Positions 42,901 through 55,960 of a stretch of 64,000 nucleotides of DNA are shown here, piece by piece. Source of the stretch: the human T2T-CHM13v2.0 reference genome, Homo sapiens; the NCBI RefSeq assembly GCF_009914755.1, contig NC_060938.1; one strand, written 5' to 3'. The position numbers and the translations under genes are program-made. The notes below the pieces were generated by a model. The model worked only from the letters and a program-made list of their open reading frames with translations. It was not told where the DNA came from and made no database searches. Within the stretch, counting starts at the first letter, position 1; every line of letters starts with the position of its first letter.

Positions 42901-45900
42901 CCATTCCATTCCATTCCACTCCATTCCTTTCGGTTTGATTCCATTCCATTCTATTCAATTACATTCCTTTCCGTTCCATACCATTCCATTCCATTGCTTT
43001 CCCCTTGGGTTTATTCAGTTGCATTCTATTCCATTCCATTTCATTCCATTCTATTCCCTTCCATTCCATTCCACTCGGGTTGATTCCATTCAATTCTATT
43101 CCATTCCATTCCATTCCAATCGAGCAGTTTCAATTCCATTCTATACCACTCCATTCCATTTCATTCAATTCCATTCCATTCCATTCTATTCCACTCTGGG
43201 TGACTCAACTCCATTATATTCTATTCCATTCCATTCCATTCCATTCCTCTCAGGTTGATTCGATTCCATTGTTTTCCATTCCATTCCATTCCATTCCATT
43301 CCATTCCACTCCACTTGGGTTGATTAAATACCATTATATTCCATTCGATTCCACTCCATTCCATTCCATTCCATTCCATTCCATTTCATTCTTACCATTC
43401 CATTCCATTCCATACCATTCCATTCCATTCCACTCGGTTTAAATGAATTCCAGTCTATTCCATTCCATTCCATGCCATTCCATGCAACTCCATTCCATTC
43501 CACTCGGGTTGATTCAATTCCATTCTAATATATTCCATTCCATTCCATTCCATTCCATTCCATTCCATTCCATTCCATTCCGCTCGTGTTCTTTCAGTTC
43601 CATTCTATTCCATTCCATTCCATTCCATTCCATTCCATTCAATTCCATTCCATTCGGGTTGATTCAATTCCATTCTATACCATTCCATTCCATTCCATTC
43701 CATTCCATTCCATTCCATTCCATTTCGTTCAATTCCGCTCGAGTTGATTCAATTCCATTCTATTCCCTTCCATTCCATTCCATTCTACTCTGGTGGGTTC
43801 CATTACTTTCCTTTCCATTCGATTCCATTCCATTCCATTACATTCCATTCTATTCCATTCCATTCCATTCTACTCTGGTGGGTTCCATTACTTTCCTTTC
43901 CATTCGATTCCATTCCATTCGATTCCATTCCATTCCATTCCATTCCATTCCATTCCATTCGGGTTGATTCAATTCCATTCTATACCATTCCATTCCATTC
44001 CATTCCATTCCATTCCATTCCATTTCGTTCAATTCCGCTCGATTTGATTCAATTCCATTCTATTCCCTTCCATTCCATTCCATTCTACTCTGGTGGGTTC
44101 CATTACTTTCCTTTCCATTCGATTCCATTCCATTCCATTCCATTCCATTCCATTCTATTCCATTCCATTCCATTCTACTCTGGTGGGTTCCATTACTTTC
44201 CTTTCCATTCGATTCCATTCCATTCGATTCCATTCCATTCCATTCCATTCCATTCCATTCCATTCCATTCCATTCCATTTCATTCCATACCATTCCATTC
44301 CATTCCATACCATTCCATTCCATTCCACTCGGTTTAAATGAATTCCATTCTATTCCATTCCATTCCATTCCATTCCATTCCATTCCATTCCATGCCAATC
44401 CATTCCATTCCACTCGGGTTGATTCAATTCCATTCTAATACATTCCATTCCATTCCATTCCATTCCATTCCATTCCGCTCGTGTTCATTCAATTCCATTC
44501 TATTCCATTCCATTCCATTCCATTCCATTCGGGTTGATTCAATTCCATTCTATACCATTCCATTCCATTCCATTCCATTCCATTTCGTTCAATTCCGCTC
44601 GAGTTGATTCAATTCCATTCTATTCCATTCCATTCCATTCCATTCTACTCTGGTGGGTTCCATTACTTTCCTTTCCATTCGATTCCATTCGATTCCATTC
44701 CATTCCATTCCATTCCATTCCACTGAATTCCCTTCCTTTCCAGTCCATTCCATTTAATTCCACTCGGGATGATTCATTTCCATTGAATTCCATTCCATTC
44801 CATTCCTTTCCCCTCGGGTTGATTCAATTCCATTCTACTCCATTCCATTCCATTCCATTCCATTCCATTCCATTCCATTCCGCTCGTGTTCATTCAATTC
44901 CATTCTATTCCATTCCTTTCCATTCCATTCCATTCCATTCCATTGGGGTTGTTTCAATTCCATTCTATGCCATTACATTCCATTCCATTCCATTCCTTTC
45001 CATTCAATTCCATTGCGTTCCATTCAGCTCGGGTTCATTCAATTCCATTCTATTCCATTCCATTCCATTCCATTCTACTCGGGTGGATACCATTACTTTC
45101 ATTTCCATTCGATTCCATTCCATTCCATTCCACTCCATTCCCTTCCTTTCGTTCCATTCCAATGAAACCCACTCGGGTTGATTCCATTCCATTCCATTCC
45201 ATTCCATTCCACTCCATTCCATTCCGTTGCTTTCCACTCGGGTTGATTCAATTCCATTCTATTCCATTCCATTCCATTCCATTCCAATCGATTCCATTCC
45301 ACACGGGTTGATTCAATTCTGTTCTATTCCATTGCATTCCATTTACCTCCATTGCATTCCATTCCATTCCACTCCATTCCATTCCACTAGGGTTGATTCC
45401 ATTCATTTCTATTCCATTCCATTCCATTCCATTCCATTCAATTCCACTCCGGTTGACTCAATTCCATTATATTGAATTCCATTCGATTCCATTCCATTCC
45501 TTTCAATTCCTCTCGGGTTGAGTCGATTCCATTCTGTTCCATTCCATTCCATTCCATTCCATTCCGATCCACTCGGGATGACTAAATACCATTATATTCC
45601 ATTCCATTCCATTCCATTACATTACATTCCATTCCATTCCATTCCATGCCATTCCATTCCATTAAACTCGGTTTAAATGAATTCCAGTCTATTCCATTCC
45701 ACTCAATTCCATTTCATTCCATTCCACTTGGGTTAGTTGCATTTCATTCCATTCCATTCCATTCCATTCCATTATATTCCATTCCACTCGGGTTGATTCA
45801 ATTCCATTCTATTCCATTCCATTCAATTCCATTCCATTCCATTCCATACCATTCCATCCCATTCCACTCGGTGTTGATTCAAATCCATGCTATTCCATTC

Positions 45901-48900
45901 CATTCCATTACATTACATTCCACTCGAGTTGATTCAATTCCATTCTATTCCCTTCCATTCCATTCCACTCCATTCCCTTCCATTCCATTCCACTCAGGTT
46001 AATTTAATTCAATTCTATTCCGTTCCATTCCATTCCATTCCTTTACACTCGGGTTGATTCAATTCCACTCCCTTGTATTTCACTACGTTCCATTCCATTC
46101 CATTCAATTCCATTGATTCCATTCGTGTTGATTCCATTCCATTACATTCCATTACATTCCTTTCCTTTCCATTCCCTTCCATTCCATTCCACTGCACTCC
46201 ATTCCATTCCATTCCGTTAAATTCCATTCCCTTTTACTCCACAAGGGAGTTGATTTAATTCCATTCTATTCTATTCTATTCCATTCTATTCCATTCCATT
46301 CCATTCCATTCCGTTCTATTCCACTCCATTCCATTCCTTTCCATTCCATTCCATTCCATTCCATACCACGTGGGTTGATTCAATTCCATTCTATTCCATT
46401 GCATTCCATTCAATTTCATTCCCTTCAATTCCACTCAGGTTGATTCAATTCCGTTCTATTCTACTCCATTCCATTCCTTTCAATTCCATTCCACTTGGGT
46501 TGATTCAATTCCTTTCTATTCCACTCCATTCCATTAAATTCGATTCCATTCCATTCGATTCCCCTCCATTCCATTCCATTCCACAGGGGTTGATTCAATT
46601 CCTATCTGTTCCATTCCAGTCCTTTCCATTCAATTCCATTCCATTCCATTCTATTCCACTCCATTCATTTCCTTTCCATTCCATTCCATTCCATTCCAAC
46701 CCATCCCATTCTATTCCACTCGGGGTTGATTCAAATCCATTCTATTCCATTCCATTCTATTCCATTCCATTCCATTCTATTCGGGTATATTCAATTGCAT
46801 TCTGCTGTATACCATTCCATTCCATCCCATTCCATTCCATTCCATTCCATTCCATTCCATTCCATTCCATTGCACTCCATTCCACTCATGTTAATGCAAT
46901 TCATTTCTATTCCATTCCATTACATTACATTCCATTCCACTCCATTCCATTCGGTTTGATTCCATTCCATTCTATTCAATTACATTCCTTTCCTTTCCAT
47001 ACCATTCCATTCCATTGCATTCCACTTGGGTTTATTCAGTTGCATTCTATTCCTTTCCATTCCATTTCATTCCATTCCATTCCATTCCACTCGGGTTGAT
47101 TCCATTCAATTCTATTCCATTCCATTCCATTCCAATCGAGCAGTTTCAATTCCATTCTATACCACTCCATTCCATTTCATTCAATTCCATTCCATTCCAT
47201 TCTATTCCACTCTGGGTGACTCAATTCCATTATATTCTATTCCATTCCATTCAATTCCATTCCTCTCAGGTTGATTCGATTCCGTTGTTTTCCATTCCAT
47301 TCCATTCCACTCGGGTCGATTAAATACCATTATATTCCTTTCGATTCCATTCCATTCCATTCCATTCCATTCCGTTCCACTCCATTTCATTCCATAACAT
47401 TCCATTCCATTCCATACCATTCCATTCCATTCCATACCATTCCATTCCATTCCACTCGGTTTAAATGAATTCCAGTCTATTCCATTCCATTCCATTCCAT
47501 TCCATTCCATTCCATTCCATTCCATTCCATTCCATGCCATTCCATTCCATTCCACTCGGGTTGATTCAATTCCATTCTAATACATTCCATTCCATTCCAT
47601 TCCATTCCATTCCATTCCATTCCGCTCGTGTTCATTCAATTCCATTCTATTCCATTCCATTCCATTCCATTCCATTCCATTCCATTCCATTCGGGTTGAT
47701 TCAATTCCATTCTATACCATTCCATTCCATTCCATTCCATTCCACTCGGGTTGATTCCATTCCATTCTATTCCATTCCATTCCATTCCATTCTACTCTGG
47801 TGGGTTCCATTACTTTCCTTTCCATTCGATTCCATTCCATTCCATTCTATTCCATTCCATTCCATTCCATTCTACTCTAGTGTGTTCCATTACTTTCCTT
47901 TCCATTCGATTCCATTCCATTCCATTCCATTCCATTCCACTGAATTCCCTTCCTTTCCATTCCATTCCATTTAATTCCACTCGGGATGATTCATTTCCAT
48001 TGAATTCCATTCCATTCCATTCCTTTCCCCTCGGGTTGATTCAATTGCATTCTACTCCATTCCATTCCATTCCATTCCATTCCATTCCATTCCATTCCGC
48101 TCGTGTTCATTCAATTCCTTTCTATTCCATTCCATTCCATTCCTTTCCATTCCATTCCATTCCATTCCCTTCTGGTTGATTCAATTTCATTCTATGCCAT
48201 TCCTTTCCATTCCATTCCATTCCTTTCCATTCTATTCCATTGCGTTCCATTCAGCTCGGGTTCATTCAATTCCATTCTATTCCATTCCATTCCATTCCAT
48301 TCTACTCGGATGGATTCCATTACTTTCATTTCCATTCGATTCCATTCCATTCCATTCCACTCCATTCCCTTCCTTTCGTTCCATTCCAATGAAACCCACT
48401 CGGGTTGATTCCATTCCATTCCATTCCATTCCATTCCATTCCATTCCATTCCACTCCATTCCATTCCGTTCCTTTCCACTCTGGTTGATTCAATTCCATT
48501 CTATTCCATTCCATTCCATTCCATTCCAATCTATTCTTTTCCACACGGGTTGATTCAATTCCGTTCTATTCCATTGCATTCCATTTACCTCCATTGCATT
48601 CCATTCCATTCCATTCGATTCCATTCCACTAAGGTTGATTCCATTCCTTTCTATTCCATTCCATTCCATTCCATTCCATTCAATTCCACTCCGGTTGACT
48701 CAATTCCGTTATATTGAATTCCATTCCATTCCATTCCATTCCATTCAATTCCTCTCGGGTTGAGTCGATTCCGTTCTGTTCCATTCCATTCCATTCCATT
48801 CCATTCCGATCCACTCGGGTTGATTAAATACCATTATATTCCATTCCATTCCATTCCATTCCATTCCATTCCATTCCATTCCATTCCATTCCATACAATT

Positions 48901-51900
48901 CCATTCCATTAAACTCGGTTTAAATGAATTCCAGTCTATTCCATTCCACTCAATTCCATTCCATTCCATTCCACTCGGGTTAGTTGCATTTCATTCCATT
49001 CCATTCCATTCCATTCCATTATATTCCATTCCACTCGGGTTGATTCAATTCCATTCTATTCAATTGCATTCAATTACATTCCATTCCATTCCATTCCATA
49101 CCATTCCATCCCATTCCACTCGGTGTTGATTCAAATCCATGGTATTCCATTCCATTCCATTACATTACATTCCACTCGAGTTGATTCAATTCCATTCTAT
49201 TCCCTTCCATTCCATTCCACTCCATTCCCTTCCATTCCATTCCACTCAGGTTAATTTAATTCAATTCTATTCCGTTCCATTCCATTCCATTCCTTTACAC
49301 TCGGGTTGATTCAATTCCACTCCGTTGTATTTCACTACGTTCCATTCCATTCCATTCAATTCCATTGATTCCATTCGTGTTGATTCCATTCCATTACATT
49401 CCATTACATTCCTTTCCTTTCCATTCCCTTCCATTTCATTCCACTGCACTCCATTCCATTCCATTCCGTTAAATTCCTTTCCCTTTTATTCCACAAGGGA
49501 GTTGATTTAATTCCATTCTATTCTATTCTATTCCATTGTATTCCATTCCATTCCATTCCATTCCATTCCGTTCTATTCCACTCCATTCCATTCCTTTCCA
49601 TTCCATTCCATTCCATTCCATTCCATACCACGTGGGTTGATTCAATTCCATTCTATTCCATTGCATTCCATTCCATTCCATTCCATTTCATTCCCTTCAA
49701 TTCCACTCGGGTTGATTCAATTCCGTTCTATTCTACTCCATTCCATTCCTTTCAATTCTATTCCACTTGGCTTGATTCAATTCCTTTCTATTCCACTCCA
49801 TTCCGTTAAATTCGATTCCATTCCATTCGATTCCCCTCCATTCCATTCCATTCCACAGGGGTTGATTCAATTCCTATCTGTTCCATTCCAGTCCTTTCCA
49901 TTCAATTCCATTCCATTCCATTCGATTCCACTCCATTCATTTCCTTTCCATTCCATTCCATTCCATTCCATCCCATCCCATTCTGTTCCACTCGGGGTTG
50001 ATTCAAATCCATTCTATTCCATTCCATTCTATTTCATTCCATTCCATTCTACTGGGGTATATTCAATTGCATTCTGTTGTATTTCATTCCATTCCATTCC
50101 ATTCCATTCCATTCCATTCCATTCCACTCCATTCCACTCATGTTAATGCAATTCATTTCTATTCCATTCCATTCCATTCCATTCCATTCCATTCCACTCC
50201 ATTCCTTTCGGTTTGATTCCATTCCATTCTATTCAATTACATTCCTTTCCGTTCCATACCATTCCATTCCATTGCTTTCCCCTTGGGTTTATTCAGTTGC
50301 ATTCTATTCCATTCCATTTCATTCCATTCTATTCCATTCCATTCCATTCCACTCGGGTTGATTCCATTCAATTCTATTCCAGTCCATTCCATTCCAATCC
50401 AGCAGTTTCAATTCCATTCTATACCACTCCATTCCATTTCATTCAATTCCATTCCATTCCATTCTATTCCACTCTGGGTGACTCAATTCCATTATATTCT
50501 ATTCCATTCCATTCCATTTCATTCCTCTCAGGTTGATTCAATTCCGTTGTTTTCCATTCCATTCCATTCCATTCCATTCCACTCGGGTTGATTAAATACC
50601 ATTATATTCCATTCGATTCCACTCCATTCCATTCCATTCCATTCCATTCCATTTCATTCCATACCATTCCATTCCATTCCATACCATTCCATTCCATTCC
50701 ACTCGGTTTAAATGAATTCCAGTCTATTCCATTCCATTCCATGCCATTCCATGCAACTCCATTCCATTCCACTCGGGTTGATTCAATTCCATTCTAATAC
50801 ATTCCATTCCATTCCATTCCATTCCATTCCATTCCATTCCATTCCATTCCATTCCGCTCGTGTTCTTTCAGTTCCATTCTATTCCATTCCATTCCATTCC
50901 ATTCCATTCCATTCCATTCCGGTTGATTCAATTCCATTCTATACCATTCCATTCCATTCCATTCCATTCCATTCCATTCCATTTCGTTCAATTCCGCTCG
51001 AGTTGATTCAATTCCATTCTATTCCCTTCCATTCCATTCCATTCTACTCTGGTGGGTTCCATTACTTTCCTTTCCATTCGATTCCATTCCATTCCATTCC
51101 ATTCCATTCTATTCCATTCCATTCCATTCTACTCTGGTGGGTTCCATTACTTTCCTTTCCATTCGATTCCATTCCATTCGATTCCATTCCATTCCATTCC
51201 ATTCCATTCCATTCCATTCCATTCGGGTTGATTCAATTCCATTCTATACCATTCCATTCCATTCCATTCCATTCCATTCCATTCCATTTCGTTGAATTCC
51301 GCTCGAGTTGATTCAATTCCGTTCTATTCCCTTCCATTCCATTCCATTCTACTCTGGTGGGTTCCATTACTTTCCTTTCCATTCGATTCCATTCCATTCC
51401 ATTCCATTCCATTCCATTCCATTCCATTCTATTCCATTCCATTCCATTCTACTCTGGTGGGTTCCATTACTTTCCTTTCCATTCGATTCCATTCCATTCG
51501 ATTCCATTCCATTCCATTCCATTCCATTCCATTCCATTCCATTCCATTTCATTCCATACCATTCCATTCCATTCCATACCATTCCATTCCATTCCTCTCG
51601 GTTTAAATGAATTCCATTCTATTCCATTCCATTCCATTCCATTCCATTCCATTCCATTCCATTCCATTCCATGCCAAACCATTCCATTCCACTCGGGTTG
51701 ATTCAATTCCATTCTAACACATTCCATTCCATTCCATTCCATTCCATTCCGCTCGTGTTCATTCAATTCCATTCTATTCCATTCCATTCCATTCCATTCC
51801 ATTCGGGTTGATTCAATTCCATTCTATACCATTCCATTCCATTCCATTCCATTCCATTCCATTTCGTTCAATTCCGCTCGAGTTGATTCAATTCCATTCT

Positions 51901-52745
51901 ATTCCATTCCATTCCATTCCATTCTACTCTGGTGGGTTCCATTACTTTCCTTTCCATTCGATTCCATTCCATTCCATTCCATTCTATTCCATTCCATTCC
52001 ATTCAATTCTACTCTGGTGGGTTCCATTACTTTCCTTTCCATTCGATTCCATTCGATTCCATTCCATTCCATTCCATTCCACTGAATTCCCTTCCTTTCC
52101 ATTCCATTCCATTTAATTCCACTCGGGATGATTCATTTCCATTGAATTCCATTCCATTCCATTCCTTTCCCCTCGGGTTGATTCAATTCCATTCTACTCC
52201 ATTCCATTCCATTCCATTCCATTCCATTCCATTCCATTCCATTCCATTCCGCTCGTGTTCATTCAATTCCATTCTATTCGATTCCTTTCCATTCCATTCC
52301 ATTCCATTCCATTGGGGTTGATTCAATTCCATTCTATGCCATTCCATTCCATTCCATTCCATTCCTTTCCATTCAATTCCATTGCGTTCCATTCAGCTCG
52401 GGTTCATTCAATTCCATTCTATTCCATTCCATTCCATTCCATTCTACTCGGGTGGATTCCATTAATTTCATTTCCATTCGATTCCATTCCATTCCATTCC
52501 ACTCCATTCCCTTCCTTTCGTTCCATTCCAATGAAACCCACTCGGGTTGATTCCATTCCATTCCATTCCATTCCATTCCACTCCATTCCATTCCGTTCCT
52601 TTCCACTCGGGTTGATTCAATTCCATTCTATTCCATTCCATTCCATTCCATTCCAATCGATTCCATTCCACACGGGTTGATTCAATTCTGTTCTGTTCCA
52701 TTGCATTCCATTTACCTCCATTGCATTCCATTCCATTCCACTCCA

Positions 52746-52850
52746 TTCCATTCCACTAGGGTTGATTCCATTCCTTTCTATTCCATTCCATTCCATTCCA
52801 TGGAATGGAGTGGAATAGAAAGGAATGGAATCAACCCAAGTGGAATGGAA
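52746..52850. repeat. Inverted repeat (50-bp arms, 48/50 match, 5-nt spacer) at the left inversion junction
   Basis: Left arm 52746-52795 is TTCCATTCCACTAGGGTTGATTCCATTCCTTTCTATTCCATTCCATTCCA. The reverse complement of 52801-52850 is TTCCATTCCACTTGGGTTGATTCCATTCCTTTCTATTCCACTCCATTCCA. Confidence 0.93.
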
Positions 52851-53222
52851 TTGAAAGGAATGGAATGGAGTAGAATAGAACGGAATTGAATCAACCTGAG
52901 TGGAATTGAAGGGAATGAAATTGAATGGAATGCAATGGAATAGAATGGAATTGAATCAACCCACGTGGTATGGAATGGAATGGAATGGAATGGAAAGGAA
53001 TGGAATGGAGTGGAATAGAACGGAAGGGAATGGAATGGAATGGAATAGAATGGAATAGAATAGAATAGAATGGAATTAAATCAACTCCCTTGTGGAGTAA
53101 AAGGGAATGGAATTTAACGGAATGGAATGGAATGGAGTGCAGTGGAACGGAATGGAAGGGAATGGAAAGGAAAGGAATGCAATGGAATGTAATGGAATGG
53201 AATCAACACGAATGGAATCAAT
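52801..53222 (-). other. 422-bp inverted satellite segment (GGAAT on + strand)
   Basis: The + strand switches from TTCCA to TGGAA at 52,800/52,801 and back at ~53,220-53,222. The reverse complement matches ~46,113-46,533, including private variants CTTTTACTCCACAAGGGAG and CAATTTCATTCCCTTCAATTCCACTCAGGTTG. Confidence 0.97.
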
Positions 53223-55159
53223 TTAATTCAATTCTATTCCGTTCCATTCCATTCCACTCCATTCCATTAAATTCGATTCCATTCGATTCCCCTCCATTCC
53301 ATTCCATTCCACAGGGGTTGATTCAATTCCTATCTGTTCCATTCCAGTCCTTTCCATTCAATTCCATTCCATTCCATTCTATTCCACTCCATTCATTTCC
53401 TTTCCATTCCATTCCATTCCAACCCATCCCATTCTGTTCCACTCGGGGATGATTCAAATCCATTCTATTCCATTCCATTCCATTCTACTCGGGTATATTC
53501 AATTGCATTCTGCTGTTTTCCATTGCATTGCATTCCATTCCATTCCATTCCATTCCATTCCATTCCATTGCACTCCATTCCACTCATGTTAATGCAATTC
53601 ATTTCTATTCCATTCCATTACATTACATTCCATTCCACTCCATTCCATTCGGTTTGATTTCATTCCATTCTATTCAATTACATTCCTCTCCTTTCCATAC
53701 CATTCCATTCCATTGCATTCCACTTGGGTTTATTCAGTTGCATTCTATTCCTTCCATTCCATTCCATTCCATTCCATTCCATTCCATTCCACTCGGGTTG
53801 ATTCCATTCAATTCTATTCCATTCCATTCCATTCCAATCGAGCAGTTTCAATTCCATTCTATACCACTCCATTCCATTTCATTCAATTCCATTCCATTCC
53901 ATTCTATTCCACTCTGGGTGACTCAATTCCATTATATTCTATTCCATTCCATTCAATTCCATTCCTCTCAGGTTGATTCGATTCCGTTGTTTTCCATTCC
54001 ATTCCATTCCACTCGGGTTGATTAAATACCATTATATTCCATTCGATTCCATTCCATTCCATTCCATTCCATTCCACTCCATTTCATTCCATACCATTCC
54101 ATTCCATTCCATACCATTCCATTCCATTCCATACCATTCCATTCCATTCCACTCGGTTTAAATGAATTCCAGTCTATTCCATTCCATTCCATTCCATTCC
54201 ATTCCATTCCATTCCATTCCATGCCATTCCATTCCATTCCACTCGGGTTGATTCAATTCCATTCTAATAGATTCCATTCCATTCCATTCCATTCCATTCC
54301 ATTCCATTCCGCTCGTGTTCATTCAATTCCATTCTATTCCATTCCATTCCATTCCATTCTATTCCATTCCATTCCATTCGGGTTGATTCAATTGCATTCT
54401 ATACCATTCCATTCCATTCCATTCCATTCCACTCGGGTTGATTCCATTCCATTCTATTCCATTCCATTCCATTCCATTCTACTCTGGTGGGTTCCATTAC
54501 TTTCCTTTCCATTCGATTCCATTCCATTCCATTCTATTCCATTCCATTCCATTCCATTCTACTCTGGTGGGTTACATTACTTTCCTTTCCATTCGATTCC
54601 ATTCCATTCCATTCCATTCCATTCCACTGAATTCCCTTCCTTTCCATTCCATTCCATTTAATTCCACTCGGGATGATTCATTTCCATTGAATTCCATTCC
54701 ATTCCATTCCTTTCCCCTCGGGTTGATTCAATTCCATTCTACTCCTTTCCATTCCATTGCATTCCATTCCATTCCATTCCATTCCGCTCGTGTTCATTCA
54801 ATTCCTTTCTATTCCATTCCATTCCATTCCTTTCCATTCCATTCCATTCCGTTCCATTCTGGTTGATTCAATTTCATTCTATGCCATTCCATTCCATTCC
54901 ATTCCATTCCTTTCCATTCAATTCCATTGCGTTCCATTCAGCTCGGGTTCATTCAATTCCATTCTATTCCATTCCATTCCATTCCATTCTACTCGGATGG
55001 ATTCCATTACTTTCATTTCCATTCGATTCCATTCCATTCCATTCCACTCCATTCCCTTCCTTTCGTTCCATTCCAATGAAACCCACTCGGGTTGATTCCA
55101 TTCCATTCCATTCCATTCCATTCCATTCCATTCCACTCCATTCCATTCCGTTCCTTTCC

Positions 55160-55960
55160 ACTCTGGTTGATTCAATTCCATTCTATTCCATTCCATTCCA
55201 TTCCATTCCAATCTATTCTATTCCACACGGGTTGATTCAATTCCGTTCTATTCCATTGCATTCCATTTACCTCCATTCCATTCCATTCCATTCCATTCGA
55301 TTCCATTCCACTAGGGTTGATTCCATTCCTTTCTATTCCATTCCATTCCATTCCATTCCATTCCATTCCACTCCGGTTGACTCAATTCCATTATATTGAA
55401 TTACATTACATTCCATTCCATTCCTTTCAATTCCTCTCGGGTTGAGTCGATTCCATTCTGTTCCATTCCATTCCATTCCATTCCATTCCGATCCACTCGG
55501 GATGATTAAATACCATTATATTCCATTCCATTCCATTCCATTCCATTCCATTCCATTCCATTCCATTCCTTTCCACTCAGATTGATTCAATTCCATTCTA
55601 TTCCATTCCATTCCATTCCATTCCAATCGATTCCATTCCACACGGGTTGATTCAATTCCGTTCTATTCCATTGCATTCCATTTACCTCCATTGCATTCCA
55701 TTACATTCCATTCGATTCCATTCCACTAGGGTTGATTCCATTCATTTCTATTCCATTCCATTCCATTCCATTCCATTCCATTCCATTCAATTCCACTCCG
55801 GTTGACTCAATTCCACTATATTGAATTCCATTCCATTGCATTCCATTCCATTCAATTCCTCTCGGGTTGAGTCGATTCCATTCTGTTCCATTCCATTCCA
55901 TTCCGATCCACTCGGGTTGATTAAATATCATTATATTCCATTCCATTCCATTCCATTCCA
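55160..55960 (+). repeat. Local ~415-bp tandem duplication of the CACACGGG...TTTACCTCC...ACTAGGG...CCGATCCACTCGGG module
   Basis: CACACGGGTTGATTCAATTCCGTTC occurs at ~55224 and ~55639, and the following landmarks repeat in the same order. Confidence 0.82.

Larger units (their letters stand above)
41480..55560 (+). repeat. ~7.3 kb two-unit block present in two tandem copies (~41.5-48.7 kb and ~48.7-55.5 kb)
   Basis: Private variants are shared at ~7.27-7.37 kb offset: ACTCCGTTGTATTTC (~42051/49319), ATTGCTTTCCCCTTGGG (42993/50271), GTGTTCTTTCAGTTCC (~43586/50860) and ATTGGGGTTG (44942/52311). After the inversion the offset is ~6.7 kb: ACTCGGATGG (48304/54991). Confidence 0.85.

Noticed and set aside
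52790-52812. New canonical heat-shock element created at the TTCCA|TGGAA junction
   Set aside because: TTC and GAA are 4 nt apart here, whereas a canonical HSE needs nTTCnnGAAn (2 nt).
52746-53222. Inverted repeat as transposon TIRs, a terminator or a recombinase-controlled invertible switch
   Set aside because: Both arms are ordinary satellite modules. The repeat lies at one end only rather than flanking the segment, there is no TSD or recombinase, and the accompanying deletions make the event non-reversible.
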